Positions 44,967-54,722 are shown, counted from the stretch's first letter. The stretch is 64,000 nucleotides of DNA from Dehalococcoidia bacterium (GCA_965203005.1 CBDBBS010000002.1:3686761-3750760); one strand, 5' to 3'. Numbers and translations are program-made. Notes: generated by a model from the letters alone, not told the origin.

Positions 44967-45860
44967 ATGGCAACCGTTGGCAAGGGCAAATACACATACG
45001 AGCTGGTCCCCGACTGGGAAAAGCTGCCCGAGGGATGGGTCCTGGGGCAGACGGCCATCGTCACCGACAAGCAGGACCGGGTCTACCTCTTCAACCGCGG
45101 CGAGCACCCGTTGATAGTCCTCGACCGCGACGGCAATTTCCTCGTGTCGTGGGGCGAAGGACAGCTCCCCGACGCCCACGGTATGTACATCGACGGCGAC
45201 GAAAACCTGTATATGCCGGTCAAGAACAGCCACGTCGTGCTCAAGTACGACCCCAAGGGCAACCTGCTGATGACCATGGGCGAGTGGGACAAGCCCTCCG
45301 ACACCGGCTGGTCGGGGCGATACAGCGATGTCGTCGAGCGCGCCGCCGGCCCGTTCAACAGCCCCAGCGATATCGCCATCCACCCCAACGGCGACCTGTT
45401 CATTTCCGACGGCTACGGCAACGCCCGGGTGCACCGATTCACCAATGACGGCAATTTGATCGAGTCGTGGGGTCAGCCCGGCAAGACGGGACATGGCGAG
45501 TTTCACGTGCCCCACGGCGTCTGGGTGCATACCGACGGGCGGGTGTTCGTAGCCGACCGCGAAAACAACCGCATCCAGATCTTCGATGATCGCGGCAATT
45601 TCCTGGAGCAGTGGCTGGGACTGGCCCGTCCCTGCGACATCTACATCGACGGCGATGAGGCCCTGTACGTTCCAGAGTTGGATGGATTTATGACCATCCT
45701 GGACATGGATGGGGATATCCTCGCCCGCTGGGGCAGCCCCGTAGAGGTAGAGCACGGGCAGGGCGCCCATGCCGTGTGGGTGGACTCCCACGGCGACATC
45801 TACGTCAACCAGAACCTTGAGGGCCACCGGCTGGTCAAGTACCGCCACGTTGGCGCGTAA
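44967..45860 (+). CDS. NHL-repeat six-bladed propeller protein (peptidyl-alpha-hydroxyglycine lyase-like)
   Basis: Repeated ...PHGVWVHTDGRVFVADRENNRIQIFDDRGNFL..., ...PSDIAIHPNGDLFISDGYGNARVHRF.... Confidence 0.75.
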   Translation: MATVGKGKYTYELVPDWEKLPEGWVLGQTAIVTDKQDRVYLFNRGEHPLIVLDRDGNFLVSWGEGQLPDAHGMYIDGDENLYMPVKNSHVVLKYDPKGNLLMTMGEWDKPSDTGWSGRYSDVVERAAGPFNSPSDIAIHPNGDLFISDGYGNARVHRFTNDGNLIESWGQPGKTGHGEFHVPHGVWVHTDGRVFVADRENNRIQIFDDRGNFLEQWLGLARPCDIYIDGDEALYVPELDGFMTILDMDGDILARWGSPVEVEHGQGAHAVWVDSHGDIYVNQNLEGHRLVKYRHVGA

Positions 45861-45867
45861 CTGGATT

Positions 45868-45966
45868 TCAACGCAGAGGACGCAGAGATTAACGCGAAGG
45901 GCGCAGAGGTTGCTTGGTTGGGAATTCTCTGCGTCCTCTGTGAATCCTCTGCGCTCTCTGCGTTAA
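45868..45966. repeat. repeat family D, palindromic
   Basis: TTCAACGCAGAGGACGCAGAGATTAACGCGAAGGGCGCAGAGG ... CCTCTGCGTCCTCTGTGAATCCTCTGCGCTCTCTGCGTTAAAA. Confidence 0.8.
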
Positions 45967-45990
45967 AAACCCTTCCGGGGAGGCGCACCA

Positions 45991-47004
45991 ATGCGCATAG
46001 GCTACCAGGTCGGCCATGTCGTCCACCGTGATTCCATTGATCACCAGCAGCAGTGGCAGAACCATCTGGAACAGTTCCGGGCGTCGCGGGACGCAGGGTT
46101 CGACATCTATTGCTGGGGCCATCACTACCTTATCGACCCCTTCCAGCATTTCCAGCCCTGGCCGGTGCTGGCGCGGTTGGCGGCCGAATCTGGGGATATG
46201 ACGCTTGCCACGTCGATACTGCTCCTGCCCCTCCTGAACCCCGTGGACGTGGCGGAACAGGCCGCGACACTGGACCACATCGCGGAAGGGCGCTTCGTAT
46301 TGGGCATAGGGCTGGGATACCGGCCCGAAGAGTTCGAGGCCTTCGGCGTTGGCATGTCGGAGCGTGGCGCGCGTTGCACCGAGGCCATGCACCTGATGCG
46401 CCGGCTGTGGAGCGAGGATGAGGTTACTCACCACGGACGCTTTTTCAACGTAACCCGCGCTAAACCCACGGCCCGGCCCTACCAGAAGCCGTATCCCAAG
46501 GTATGGCAAGCGGCCATGAGTGATCCGGCCATCCGGCGCGTCGCCCGCGAGGGTGAAATCCTGTACGTCGGCCCGGCCCAGTCCAACGAGTCCATTCGCC
46601 ACCAGATCGACCTGTACCACCGTACCCTGGAGGAGTACGGACGTGAGAGACCCGAGGACATGGTCATCGTCCGCGAGTTCTACTGCGCTCCGACCCGCGA
46701 GGAGGCCCTTACCAGGGCGCAGGCCAATTTCGCCACCAAGTACGAGGTTTACGCCCAGCATGGCCTGCACGGCACAGACGGCGAGCTGACTCGCAAGGTC
46801 ACCGGGGATCTCGAGTCGCTGATGGACGACACTTTCCTGGTGGGCAGCCCGGAGGAGTGTATCGAGCAGATCGCCGTCTACCACGAGATGGGATTCACTG
46901 ACGTTGCCATCCGGCTGTTCTACCCCGAAATGTCGCAGAGCGAGGTGCTGGAGCATATCGACCTTGTTGGCAAAGAGGTAATCCCGGCGCTCCACGCCCT
47001 CTAG
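45991..47004 (+). CDS. luciferase-like (LLM class) flavin/F420-dependent oxidoreductase
   Basis: 337 aa. ...LLLPLLNPVDVAEQAATLDHIAEGRFVLGIGLGYRPEEFEAFGV.... Confidence 0.85.
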   Translation: MRIGYQVGHVVHRDSIDHQQQWQNHLEQFRASRDAGFDIYCWGHHYLIDPFQHFQPWPVLARLAAESGDMTLATSILLLPLLNPVDVAEQAATLDHIAEGRFVLGIGLGYRPEEFEAFGVGMSERGARCTEAMHLMRRLWSEDEVTHHGRFFNVTRAKPTARPYQKPYPKVWQAAMSDPAIRRVAREGEILYVGPAQSNESIRHQIDLYHRTLEEYGRERPEDMVIVREFYCAPTREEALTRAQANFATKYEVYAQHGLHGTDGELTRKVTGDLESLMDDTFLVGSPEECIEQIAVYHEMGFTDVAIRLFYPEMSQSEVLEHIDLVGKEVIPALHAL

Positions 47005-47016
47005 ATGGCGTGTGAC

Positions 47017-47046
47017 GAATCTCCTCTCCCAGAGGGAGAAGGAATC
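47017..47046. repeat. repeat family B, short degenerate hairpin
   Basis: GAATCTCCTCTCCCAGAGGGAGAAGGAATC. Confidence 0.5.
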
Positions 47047-47206
47047 TGTCGCACGAGCTTTTCATGAGAGGTTCAGTTCGCGCTTTTTCGCCGTGACCGT
47101 TAAAGACTGTTAAAATGCCCTTTTCCGTGGCGCCGCACTTCCCTTCCGAGACGGCGTGACCTCTGGTGGAGGGGCCCGGCGACCCAGGCCGCACCAGGCA
47201 CGAAAG

Positions 47207-47782
47207 ATGCTTGAACTTGCCATCTGGATCGGGATCGCTGTCTGTGGCGTGGCCTTTCTTGGTGTTGTCGAATACCTCCGTGTCAAGGGCATACTCAGGG
47301 TAAACACGACCACCCTGAAGTCGGTACTGCCGATCGCGGCGCTCATGTTTCTGATGGCCGTGGCTGGCGCCATGGCAGTCCTGTTCTTCTTCCTGTTTTT
47401 CCTCTCTGACTACTGGGAGTACGCCCTTGTATTTGGGGGTCTCCTTTTTGCTTTCCTGGTGGTGAGAATAAGAAAGGAACGGTCATTTTTCGCGCCAGCC
47501 TCCCGTGGCGAGGTGGCGGGAACGGACCCGGAGGAAAGCAAGGGGACAGTTGCCGATATTGGCAGCCTAGCAATGCAGGTTGGAACTGCGGCAGCTATTC
47601 TCGTGATGCTGGTTCCTGTGCTCACCGGGGGATTCCTGATCTACATGGTCCTGAACTTTATCGCCGGAAAGATCGTCGGCGGATGGCCTGTGCTCCTCCC
47701 GATCCTGGCCGTTATTTCCCTGATGGCCTACTACGTGATCCGCAGGCGCCTTTCCAGGTTTAAAGGGGGACCGCCGCCCTGA
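47207..47782 (+). CDS. hypothetical multi-pass membrane protein
   Basis: 191 aa from ATG at 47207, with five or six hydrophobic helices. A/T-richer stretch. Confidence 0.5.
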   Translation: MLELAIWIGIAVCGVAFLGVVEYLRVKGILRVNTTTLKSVLPIAALMFLMAVAGAMAVLFFFLFFLSDYWEYALVFGGLLFAFLVVRIRKERSFFAPASRGEVAGTDPEESKGTVADIGSLAMQVGTAAAILVMLVPVLTGGFLIYMVLNFIAGKIVGGWPVLLPILAVISLMAYYVIRRRLSRFKGGPPP

Positions 47783-47846
47783 TTCCGGCTCGACCGTTTC
47801 CCAGCCCATTGACCATCGAGATTTCGCCAGCTGCCAGGAGAGAACC

Positions 47847-49031
47847 ATGACTATCCAGAACGCCATGCTCACCATCGGGGACTACGAGGCCCGCGCCAAG
47901 GAGACCATGCCGAAGGCCCTGTTCGACCGGCTTTTCGGCGACCTGGATGCCCACGATTGGACTACCAACACTGCCAACGTCCGTGCCATGGAGGCCGTCA
48001 AGCTGCGTCCCCGCGTCCTGGTCGACGTCAGCGACATCGATACCTCCACGGAGGTGCTGGGTCAGCGTATCAGCCTTCCGGTAATGCTGGCCCCGACGGG
48101 CACGCACCAGAGGGCTCATCCCGCCGGAGAGCTCGCGTCCGCTCGGGCTGCGGCGGCAGCCGACACCATCATGGGCTTGAGCACGGCCTCCAGCTACAGC
48201 ATCGAGGAGGTGGCCGGGGTCGCCGAGAACCCGCTGTGGTTCCAGTTGTATTTCTTCCAGGACCGGGAGCTTACCGAAATCCTGGTGCGCCGCGCCGAAA
48301 ACGCCGGTTACACCGCCATGATGCTGACGGTGGACAACCTGGGCGCCAACTCCAGGGAACGCGAATACCGCTACGCATACGTCCTGGACCAGGAGCGAAT
48401 TCTCAAGAACTTTGACGGCATCGAGCTGCCCAATCTGCCCAACCAGGGCAATTTCGCCGAGAGCTTTGAGCACTCACTGAACTGGCGGGACCTGGAGTGG
48501 CTGCGGTCGATTACGTCCATGCCCCTGGTGATCAAGGGGATTCAGACCGCCGAGGACGCCCGTCTCTGCGCCGACAACGGCTGCGAGGCCCTGGTGGTCT
48601 CCAACCACGGCGGACACGCGCTCCAGGGCACCGCTGGCTCCATAGACATGCTGCCGTCCATCGCCGACGCGGTGGGAGACCGCCTGGAGGTCTACTTCGA
48701 TGGCGGAGTCCGCAGAGGGACAGACGTACTCAAGGCATTGGCCTTCGGCGCCAGGGCCACGTTCGTGGGCCGTCCCATATTCTGGGGCTTGTCTGTCGCC
48801 GGCGAGGACGGCGTGCGGCATTGCATTGAAATTCTGCGCCAGGAACTGAGGGTGGCCATGGGACTGTGCGGGGTGACCGACGCCCGCAGGGTTGATCGCT
48901 CCGTGGCCGAGGACCCGGCGGCCAGCGCGGCATCCGTGGTCGGCGATCTGGAGCGACTGGCCCGCCTGCTGGAGCAGGGCTACCTCACCCGCGAGGAATT
49001 CGAGACACAGAAGGCCCGCCTGCTGGGGTAG
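47847..49031 (+). CDS. FMN-dependent alpha-hydroxy-acid oxidase/dehydrogenase (LldD/glycolate oxidase family) with a C-terminal SHOCT domain
   Basis: ...PVMLAPTG...WFQLYF...TVD...VVSNHGGHALQG...FVGRPIFWGL.... The last ~30 aa DLERLARLLEQGYLTREEFETQKARLLG match the SHOCT pattern. Confidence 0.8.
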   Translation: MTIQNAMLTIGDYEARAKETMPKALFDRLFGDLDAHDWTTNTANVRAMEAVKLRPRVLVDVSDIDTSTEVLGQRISLPVMLAPTGTHQRAHPAGELASARAAAAADTIMGLSTASSYSIEEVAGVAENPLWFQLYFFQDRELTEILVRRAENAGYTAMMLTVDNLGANSREREYRYAYVLDQERILKNFDGIELPNLPNQGNFAESFEHSLNWRDLEWLRSITSMPLVIKGIQTAEDARLCADNGCEALVVSNHGGHALQGTAGSIDMLPSIADAVGDRLEVYFDGGVRRGTDVLKALAFGARATFVGRPIFWGLSVAGEDGVRHCIEILRQELRVAMGLCGVTDARRVDRSVAEDPAASAASVVGDLERLARLLEQGYLTREEFETQKARLLG

Positions 49032-49055
49032 AATGGAGGTGGGAGGCCAATAGCC

Positions 49056-49361
49056 ATGAAGGTACGCGCCTGGTACTCAAACGGAACATTGACCCTTCTC
49101 GATCCAGTAGATTTAGAGGAAGGTACTGAAGTGACCCTGACTCTTGAGGGGAGCTTGGCTGCGGGAAAGCCGACTCTCAGGGGTAAACTCACTGTTACTC
49201 CCGGTCCAATTGGTGAGGTTTCCAAGTCTGAGTTCCGGGTCGTTCCGTTCCACAGCGAATTCTTGCCAGGAATGGACGACCCCAAGCGAATGAAGCAGAT
49301 CTTGGACGACGAGGACATAGAGCACTTCTTGAGAGTCCAGGAGAATGGCCGGGGAACATGA
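49056..49361 (+). CDS. antitoxin, DUF104/AF2212-like
   Basis: MKVRAWYSNGTLTLLDPVDLEEGTEVTLTLE is the characteristic N-terminus. 4-nt overlap with the following PIN gene. Confidence 0.65.
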   Translation: MKVRAWYSNGTLTLLDPVDLEEGTEVTLTLEGSLAAGKPTLRGKLTVTPGPIGEVSKSEFRVVPFHSEFLPGMDDPKRMKQILDDEDIEHFLRVQENGRGT

Positions 49362-49789
49362 TTGTACCTGATGTAAATCTGCTGGTTTACGCTCACAACA
49401 GCGCTGCACCACAGCATAATGACGCTCGGAGATGGTGGGAGACGCTCCTGAACGGGACCGAAACTATCGGACTCCCTTGGGCCGTGTCCGCAGGGTTCGT
49501 TAGGGTAGTGTCCAATCATAAAGTACTGAATCCTCCGCTGGCCCGTGAGACTGGCGTGGATTACGTGGAGAGCTGGTTGACTCTGAGCCACGTAATTTCT
49601 TTGGATCCCGGCACTGATCATCTGCGCCTTTTCCGACAATACGTGGCAGTTACTGGTGGAGATCACAATTTGGTTACGGACGCGCACATTGCCGCTGTGG
49701 CAACGGAGCACGATGCGGAAGTACATACCTATAATTCCTCAGATTTTGCCCTGTTCCCCGGCGTCCGGTGGCGCAATCCATTAGCCTGA
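49358..49789 (+). CDS. vapC: VapC-family PIN ribonuclease toxin
   Basis: MIVPDVNLLVYAH...LPWAVSAGFVRVVSN...NLVTDAHIAAVATEHDAEVHTYNSSDFALFPGVRWRNPL. Confidence 0.85.
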   Translation: MIVPDVNLLVYAHNSAAPQHNDARRWWETLLNGTETIGLPWAVSAGFVRVVSNHKVLNPPLARETGVDYVESWLTLSHVISLDPGTDHLRLFRQYVAVTGGDHNLVTDAHIAAVATEHDAEVHTYNSSDFALFPGVRWRNPLA

Positions 49790-49841
49790 CGGTAGGTGCT
49801 TGGCGCTTTGCCGCAACACATTCCAACTCACTGGAGCGCGA

Positions 49842-50732
49842 ATGGAAATCGGAGTCATCTTCCCGCAGACCGAGATCGAACCTGACGTTGTGGCCATCCG
49901 CGACTTTGCGCAGGCCGCGCAGGACCTGGGCTACTCGTACCTCTTTATCGCCGACCACGTTCTGGGCGCGGATGCCAGCGCCTATGACCATCCGCTCTTC
50001 GGCATGTACAACCACGAGACCGTGGTGCACGAGTCCTTGACCACCATGGGCTACCTGGCGGCGGTGGCGCCGAAACTCGGGCTCATGTCAGGGATTCTCA
50101 TCCTGCCGCAGCGACAGACCGCTCTGGTGGCAAAGCAGGCCGCAGAGATCGACGTCCTCTGCGGCGGCAAGCTGCGTCTCGGGATTGGCGTAGGCTGGAA
50201 CTTCGTGGAGTACGAGGCCCTGGGCATGAACTTCCACGACCGGGGCGCCCGCAGCGCCGAGCAGATAGAGGTCATGCGGGAGCTGTGGACCAAGGAATCG
50301 GTGGACTTTCACGGCAGGTGGCACGACATCACCCACGCCGGCATCAATCCCCTGCCGGTGCAGCGGCCCATACCCGTATGGCTGGGAGTTGGCAGCCCCC
50401 TGGCGCCCATTCCGCCTGACGTTGCCCTGCGCCGCGTGGCGCGCATCGCCGACGGTTGGTGCCCCAATTTTGCTCCGGACGAGTCCGGCTATGCGCTGCA
50501 GGAGAAGGTCCACAGCTACATGGCCGAATATGGCCGGGACCCGTCTGAGCTGGGCTTGGACGGACGAATGGGCACTGCCGGCTCGTCCCCGGAGGCCTGG
50601 GGCGACAGGGTCGCGGCATGGCGCGAAATGGGGGCCTCCCACCTTTCCATCGAGAACCGCAGGGCCGGGCTGAAGACAGCAGGCGACCACATCGAGATGA
50701 TGCGCCGGTTCAAAGAAGCCGTCGAGTTCTAG
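49842..50732 (+). CDS. LLM-class F420-dependent oxidoreductase
   Basis: MEIGVIFPQTEI...FIADHVLG...LILPQRQTALVAKQAAEIDVLCGGKLRLGIGVGWN.... ATG at 49842 follows GGAG. Confidence 0.8.
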   Translation: MEIGVIFPQTEIEPDVVAIRDFAQAAQDLGYSYLFIADHVLGADASAYDHPLFGMYNHETVVHESLTTMGYLAAVAPKLGLMSGILILPQRQTALVAKQAAEIDVLCGGKLRLGIGVGWNFVEYEALGMNFHDRGARSAEQIEVMRELWTKESVDFHGRWHDITHAGINPLPVQRPIPVWLGVGSPLAPIPPDVALRRVARIADGWCPNFAPDESGYALQEKVHSYMAEYGRDPSELGLDGRMGTAGSSPEAWGDRVAAWREMGASHLSIENRRAGLKTAGDHIEMMRRFKEAVEF

Positions 50733-50747
50733 GCAGGCCGCCTGATA

Positions 50748-50795
50748 GTTCCCTCTCCCTTGAGGGAGAGGGCTAGGGTGAGGGTGAACCCTCAG
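50748..50795 (+). repeat. repeat family B unit
   Basis: GTTCCCTCTCCCTTGAGGGAGAGGGCTAGGGTGAGGGTGAACCCTCAGC. Confidence 0.8.
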
Positions 50796-50800
50796 CATCA

Positions 50801-51250
50801 ATGGCCGTAGAGAGCAATACACCCATGCTCCAATTTCAGCCCCGCGACCCTGAATTCGCCGACCGCGTTGCCGATGCCTTCTGGGACGGGATTGCCGCAC
50901 ACTGGGCCGGTGAGCTCATGTCGGTATCGCCCGGAGTGGTGGAGATCGAGCTGTCTGTCCTCGACGCCGCTACCGGCGGGCCGGGTATGTTGCACCGCAG
51001 CATCGTCGCGGCCTTTCTGGACGACGCCTGCCAACTGGCGGCCTTGAGTCTCTCCGCCGCCGGAGATACGGTAAGCACCGCCGAGTACAAGGTGAACTTT
51101 CTGTCGCAGTCGCCGCGCGGGGAACTGGTTTTTCGCGCCGAGGTGGTACGCCCGGGCCGGAGCATTACCGTATGCCGCGCCGACGCCCTGGCCGGCGACC
51201 GGCTGGTTGCCAAGATGCTGGCGACACTGGCGGTATCCCGCACGCAATAG
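50801..51250 (+). CDS. PaaI-family hotdog-fold thioesterase
   Basis: 149 aa. ...GMLHRSIVAAFLDDACQLAA...YKVNFLSQSPRGELVFRAEVVRPGRSITVCRAD.... Confidence 0.7.
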   Translation: MAVESNTPMLQFQPRDPEFADRVADAFWDGIAAHWAGELMSVSPGVVEIELSVLDAATGGPGMLHRSIVAAFLDDACQLAALSLSAAGDTVSTAEYKVNFLSQSPRGELVFRAEVVRPGRSITVCRADALAGDRLVAKMLATLAVSRTQ

Positions 51251-51327
51251 CGTGGACACCGCAGGTTTGCTAAACTCGAACCATCATCGATGGGCAACAC
51301 TGCCCCAGGAATGCCAAGGAGGCAGGA

Positions 51328-52104
51328 ATGATCGGACAGCAGGTACGCTATGAATTGAAGGACGGTGTTGCCTTCCTGACCCTGAACAACCCGGGGCGCC
51401 GCAACGCGCTGTCAACGGAGTTGCTGGGCGAACTCAAGGAGCTGCTGCGGGAATTCGAACACGACGACTCGGTCCGCGTGGTGGTGCTGCGCTCCGAGGG
51501 TCCGGTGTTCAGTTCCGGCCACGACCTGAACGAGATGATCGACCGGGATGCCGAGGCCTACACCGCTGTGTTCGCCCTGTGCACGGAGGTCATGGAGGCC
51601 ATTCGCCTGCTGCCCAAGCCGGTCATCGCGCAGGTGCAGGGCCTTGCCACCGCCGCCGGCTGCCAGCTTGTCGCCACCTGCGACCTGGCCGTGGCTGCCG
51701 AGTCCGCTGCATTCGCCACTCCCGGCGTGCAGATCGGCCTGTTCTGCACCACTCCGGGTGTGGCTCTGGCCCGGTCCGTTGCCACCACGAAGAAGGCCAT
51801 GGAGATGCTGCTAACCGGCACGCCGGTCCCGGCGTCGGAGGCGCTGGAGATCGGCCTGATCAACCGGGTGGTACCCGACGATGAGCTGGAGGCCAACGTC
51901 GACGCCCTGGCCCGCCAGATAGCCTCGGCCAGCGCCCAGACCCTGGCCATCGGCAAGCCCGCGTTCTACCGGCAGATCGAACTGGACCGCTCCGCCGCCT
52001 ACGACGTGGCGCAGAAGGTGATGGTCGACAACCTGCTGAAAGAGGACGCCTACGAGGGCATCACCGCGTTCCTGCAAAAGCGCGACCCGGAGTGGAAGTA
52101 CTGA
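51328..52104 (+). CDS. enoyl-CoA hydratase/isomerase (crotonase) family protein
   Basis: ...VAFLTLNNPGRRNAL...VVVLRSEGPVFSSGHDL...PVIAQVQGLATAAGCQL.... Confidence 0.9.
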   Translation: MIGQQVRYELKDGVAFLTLNNPGRRNALSTELLGELKELLREFEHDDSVRVVVLRSEGPVFSSGHDLNEMIDRDAEAYTAVFALCTEVMEAIRLLPKPVIAQVQGLATAAGCQLVATCDLAVAAESAAFATPGVQIGLFCTTPGVALARSVATTKKAMEMLLTGTPVPASEALEIGLINRVVPDDELEANVDALARQIASASAQTLAIGKPAFYRQIELDRSAAYDVAQKVMVDNLLKEDAYEGITAFLQKRDPEWKY

Positions 52105-52109
52105 GGGGT

Positions 52110-52538
52110 TCAGAGAACGACTAGGTGATCGTTGGCAGCGCCTATCACGGCATCAAGCGGAATGTGTCTGTCCAGAGTCACCAGGCGGGCGCCGTGGGTA
52201 ACAGCTAACGCAAGAAGATAGACGTCCGTTAACTGTCGATGCCCTGACAGCCGAGAAGCGTCCAATACCACTTCATCAAGGATGCTAATGTCATCGTAAA
52301 TGAAAGTGTGGTAACTGTCTCATATCGAAGTGCGTAACTTCGCAAAGGCTTCGTTAATTCCCAACTGGTTCGGGTATTTCGGCTGAGTCTGCACTCGTAT
52401 GCACCCGTTCTGAGTTATTGGACAGGTGAGCCATCCGTCTAACGAATTGATATTAAACCAGGCCGATGCAGATCTATGCCTTCTGTGATTCCGGTCCAGA
52501 AGGGCCACCAGAACGTTTACGTCCAAGAGCGAAAGCAA
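52110..52538 (-). pseudogene. vapC: VapC-family PIN toxin gene interrupted by one in-frame TGA (52320-52322)
   Basis: The track ORF MLSLLDVNVLVALLDRNH...AKLRTSI stops at a TGA. The same frame continues DSYHTFIYDD...LSGHRQLTDVYLLALAVTHGARLVTLDRHIP...LVVL*, which is the missing C-terminal half of a PIN domain. Confidence 0.7.
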
Positions 52539-52541
52539 CGA

Positions 52542-52811
52542 TCAGATTCCCAGCTGTTCTCGTATTTCGTTCACCATTTCATTGGTAACCAGATTTCCTC
52601 CTTCAGGTATAGAAGGGAAAACCTCAGAAGCCCTGCCTCTGGACGGAGTGGGCTTTATTCCATGCTTCGCCAGTAATTCCCTCTTGGCGTGCCTTTCTTC
52701 GTCCTCCTTGCTGTTGGGGATTATCTCTACCTCCACACTCAGCCCTTCAGGTAGTTCCAGTGGCTCATCGAACGCGATGGTCTGCCCTCTTACAATGCCT
52801 CGCAGCTTCAT
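52542..52811 (-). CDS. antitoxin, DUF104/AbrB-like N-terminus
   Basis: MKLRGIVRGQTIAFDEPLELPEGLSVEVEI.... Ends 3 nt before the PIN gene start. Confidence 0.55.
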   Translation of the reverse strand: MKLRGIVRGQTIAFDEPLELPEGLSVEVEIIPNSKEDEERHAKRELLAKHGIKPTPSRGRASEVFPSIPEGGNLVTNEMVNEIREQLGI

Positions 52812-53000
52812 TTCCCTTTTCCTATGAATCAGGCTGCCACCATTCTACTCTACGCCCTGTTGCCTCTTCTAATTGGACATCTCAATTGGAAATCCGCGGC
52901 TATGTCCGGCGCCCACCACGGCTATACGTGATGGGCGTTCCTCCGGCCACTCCGCGGATTTCTCTACCAGCTTATTGAGCCGCTTCCCTCGGTTCAAGCC

Positions 53001-54080
53001 CTAGAATGTGATCACGCTGCGGGCTACGCTGCCCTCCTTCATGTACTCGAAGGCGTCGTTGATTTCCTCCAGGTTAATGCGGCGGGAGACAAGTTCATCG
53101 AGCTTGAGGCGGCCCTGCAGGTAGAATTCCACGTACTGCGGCATGTGGGTGCGGAAATGGTTGGATCCCATGCTGCTCCCCTGTATGCGCTTCTCCCGCA
53201 GGAACGATGGGCCGTCCAGCTCGATCTTCGTCCCCTGGGGGATCATGCCGATGATGGTGGCGGTGCCGCCGGCCCGGAGCATGTGGAAGGACTGCTCTGC
53301 CGTCTCCTTCTTGCCGATGGCCTCGAAAGAGTAGTCCACGCCCCCGTTGGTCAGGTCGCGGATCTTCTGCACCACGTCGCCCCCGGAGGCGTCGACAACA
53401 TCCGTGGCGCCGAACTCCTGGGCCAGGGTCAGCTTGGTCTCCACGGCGTCGATGGCTATGATGCGCAGGGCGCCGGCCAGCGCTGCGCCCTGTATGGCGT
53501 TCAGGCCCACACCGCCGCAGCCGATCACTGCCACGGTGCTGCCGGGCCGGACGGCCGCGGTGTTCAGCGCAGCGCCGAGTCCGGTGGTGGCGCCGCAGCC
53601 GATGAGGGCCAACTGCTCGAAGGGCACGTCGCGGTCGATCTTCACCACCGCGTTCTCGTGGACCAGCATCTGCTCGGCGTATGAGGACAGGTTGGCGAAC
53701 TGCATCACCTCCTCGCCGTTCTGGCTGAGGCGGGGCGTATCGTTCCTGCTGCGGGTCAGGCCGGTGCGGGAGCACAGCACCGTGCGCCCCTCGGTGCAGC
53801 GTTCGCAGGTGCCGCAGAATACGGACAGGCAGGTGATCACCCGGTCGCCGGGCTTGACGTAATCAACCAGGTCGCCCACCGCCTCGATGGTTCCGGCGGC
53901 CTCGTGGCCCAGGATGATCGGCGTGGGCGTGGAGTACAGCCCTTCGATGAAGTGCAGGTCGCTGTGGCAGACGCCGCTGGCCCCGGTGCGGACCAGCACC
54001 TCGCGGGGGCCGGGAGAGGCGACATCTATTTCCTCGATTTCCAGGGGCTGGTTGACCTCTCGCATCACTGCTGCTTTCAT
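53001..54080 (-). CDS. zinc-dependent alcohol dehydrogenase (class III-like MDR)
   Basis: GVCHSDLH, GHEAAGTIEAVG, structural-zinc CGTCERC, and Rossmann VIGCGGVGL. Confidence 0.9.
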   Translation of the reverse strand: MKAAVMREVNQPLEIEEIDVASPGPREVLVRTGASGVCHSDLHFIEGLYSTPTPIILGHEAAGTIEAVGDLVDYVKPGDRVITCLSVFCGTCERCTEGRTVLCSRTGLTRSRNDTPRLSQNGEEVMQFANLSSYAEQMLVHENAVVKIDRDVPFEQLALIGCGATTGLGAALNTAAVRPGSTVAVIGCGGVGLNAIQGAALAGALRIIAIDAVETKLTLAQEFGATDVVDASGGDVVQKIRDLTNGGVDYSFEAIGKKETAEQSFHMLRAGGTATIIGMIPQGTKIELDGPSFLREKRIQGSSMGSNHFRTHMPQYVEFYLQGRLKLDELVSRRINLEEINDAFEYMKEGSVARSVITF

Positions 54081-54158
54081 AGCTCACCTGTCTCAATTTA
54101 GCGTTTGAGTGAGATTGAATTTAACCAGCCTCGCCACCAGGTGTCAAAGCCAGAACGC

Positions 54159-54284
54159 CAGGGCAACCACGAGGGTTGCCCCTACTACTACCTAACGGGG
54201 ACTGTCTTATAGGCCCGCCTCTTGCGAATGCCCCTGCGATGACCGCAGGTCCAAATGGTAGGGGCAACCCTTGTGGTTGCCCGG
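54159..54284. repeat. repeat family E, inverted pair with a ~70-nt spacer
   Basis: CAGGGCAACCACGAGGGTTGCCCCTAC ... GGTAGGGGCAACCCTTGTGGTTGCCCGG. Confidence 0.8.
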
Positions 54285-54314
54285 TTCACCCATCAATGCA
54301 AAGCTGTTGGGTTG

Positions 54315-54722
54315 CTAGGTTGAAGGCCGGAAGTAGGGAACGCTGATCTGGTCGGTGGCCCGCTCGAAGGTCACCTCCACGGGCATGCCGATGCTCACGT
54401 CGCCGGGATCGCAGCCGACGATGTTGGTGAACATGCGCACGCCCTCCTCCAGCTCCACGAGGGCCAGTACGTAGGGGCCCTGGTCGAAGCCAGTGGTGCG
54501 GTTCTGGTAGGTGACAGTGTAGGTCCATACGGTGCCCTTGCCGCTGGCCTGTACCCAGTTAGGCGCCTCCGTCCAGCAGTGTGAGCAGATGCCCCTGGGG
54601 TAGAACTGGTACTCGTCGCACTTGTCGCAGTGCTGGATCAGTAGCTGGCCACGGCGGCAGGCGTCCCAGTAGGCGCGAGTCTCTCCAACCACGGTGGGCA
54701 GCGGCTTGTTCCATTCGGGCAT
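54315..54722 (-). CDS. Zn-ribbon/OB-fold protein (DUF35), partner of the thiolase-like enzyme
   Basis: ...LLIQHCDKCDEYQFYPRGICSHC...GTVWTYTV...ALVELEEGVRM.... Confidence 0.8.
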   Translation of the reverse strand: MPEWNKPLPTVVGETRAYWDACRRGQLLIQHCDKCDEYQFYPRGICSHCWTEAPNWVQASGKGTVWTYTVTYQNRTTGFDQGPYVLALVELEEGVRMFTNIVGCDPGDVSIGMPVEVTFERATDQISVPYFRPST

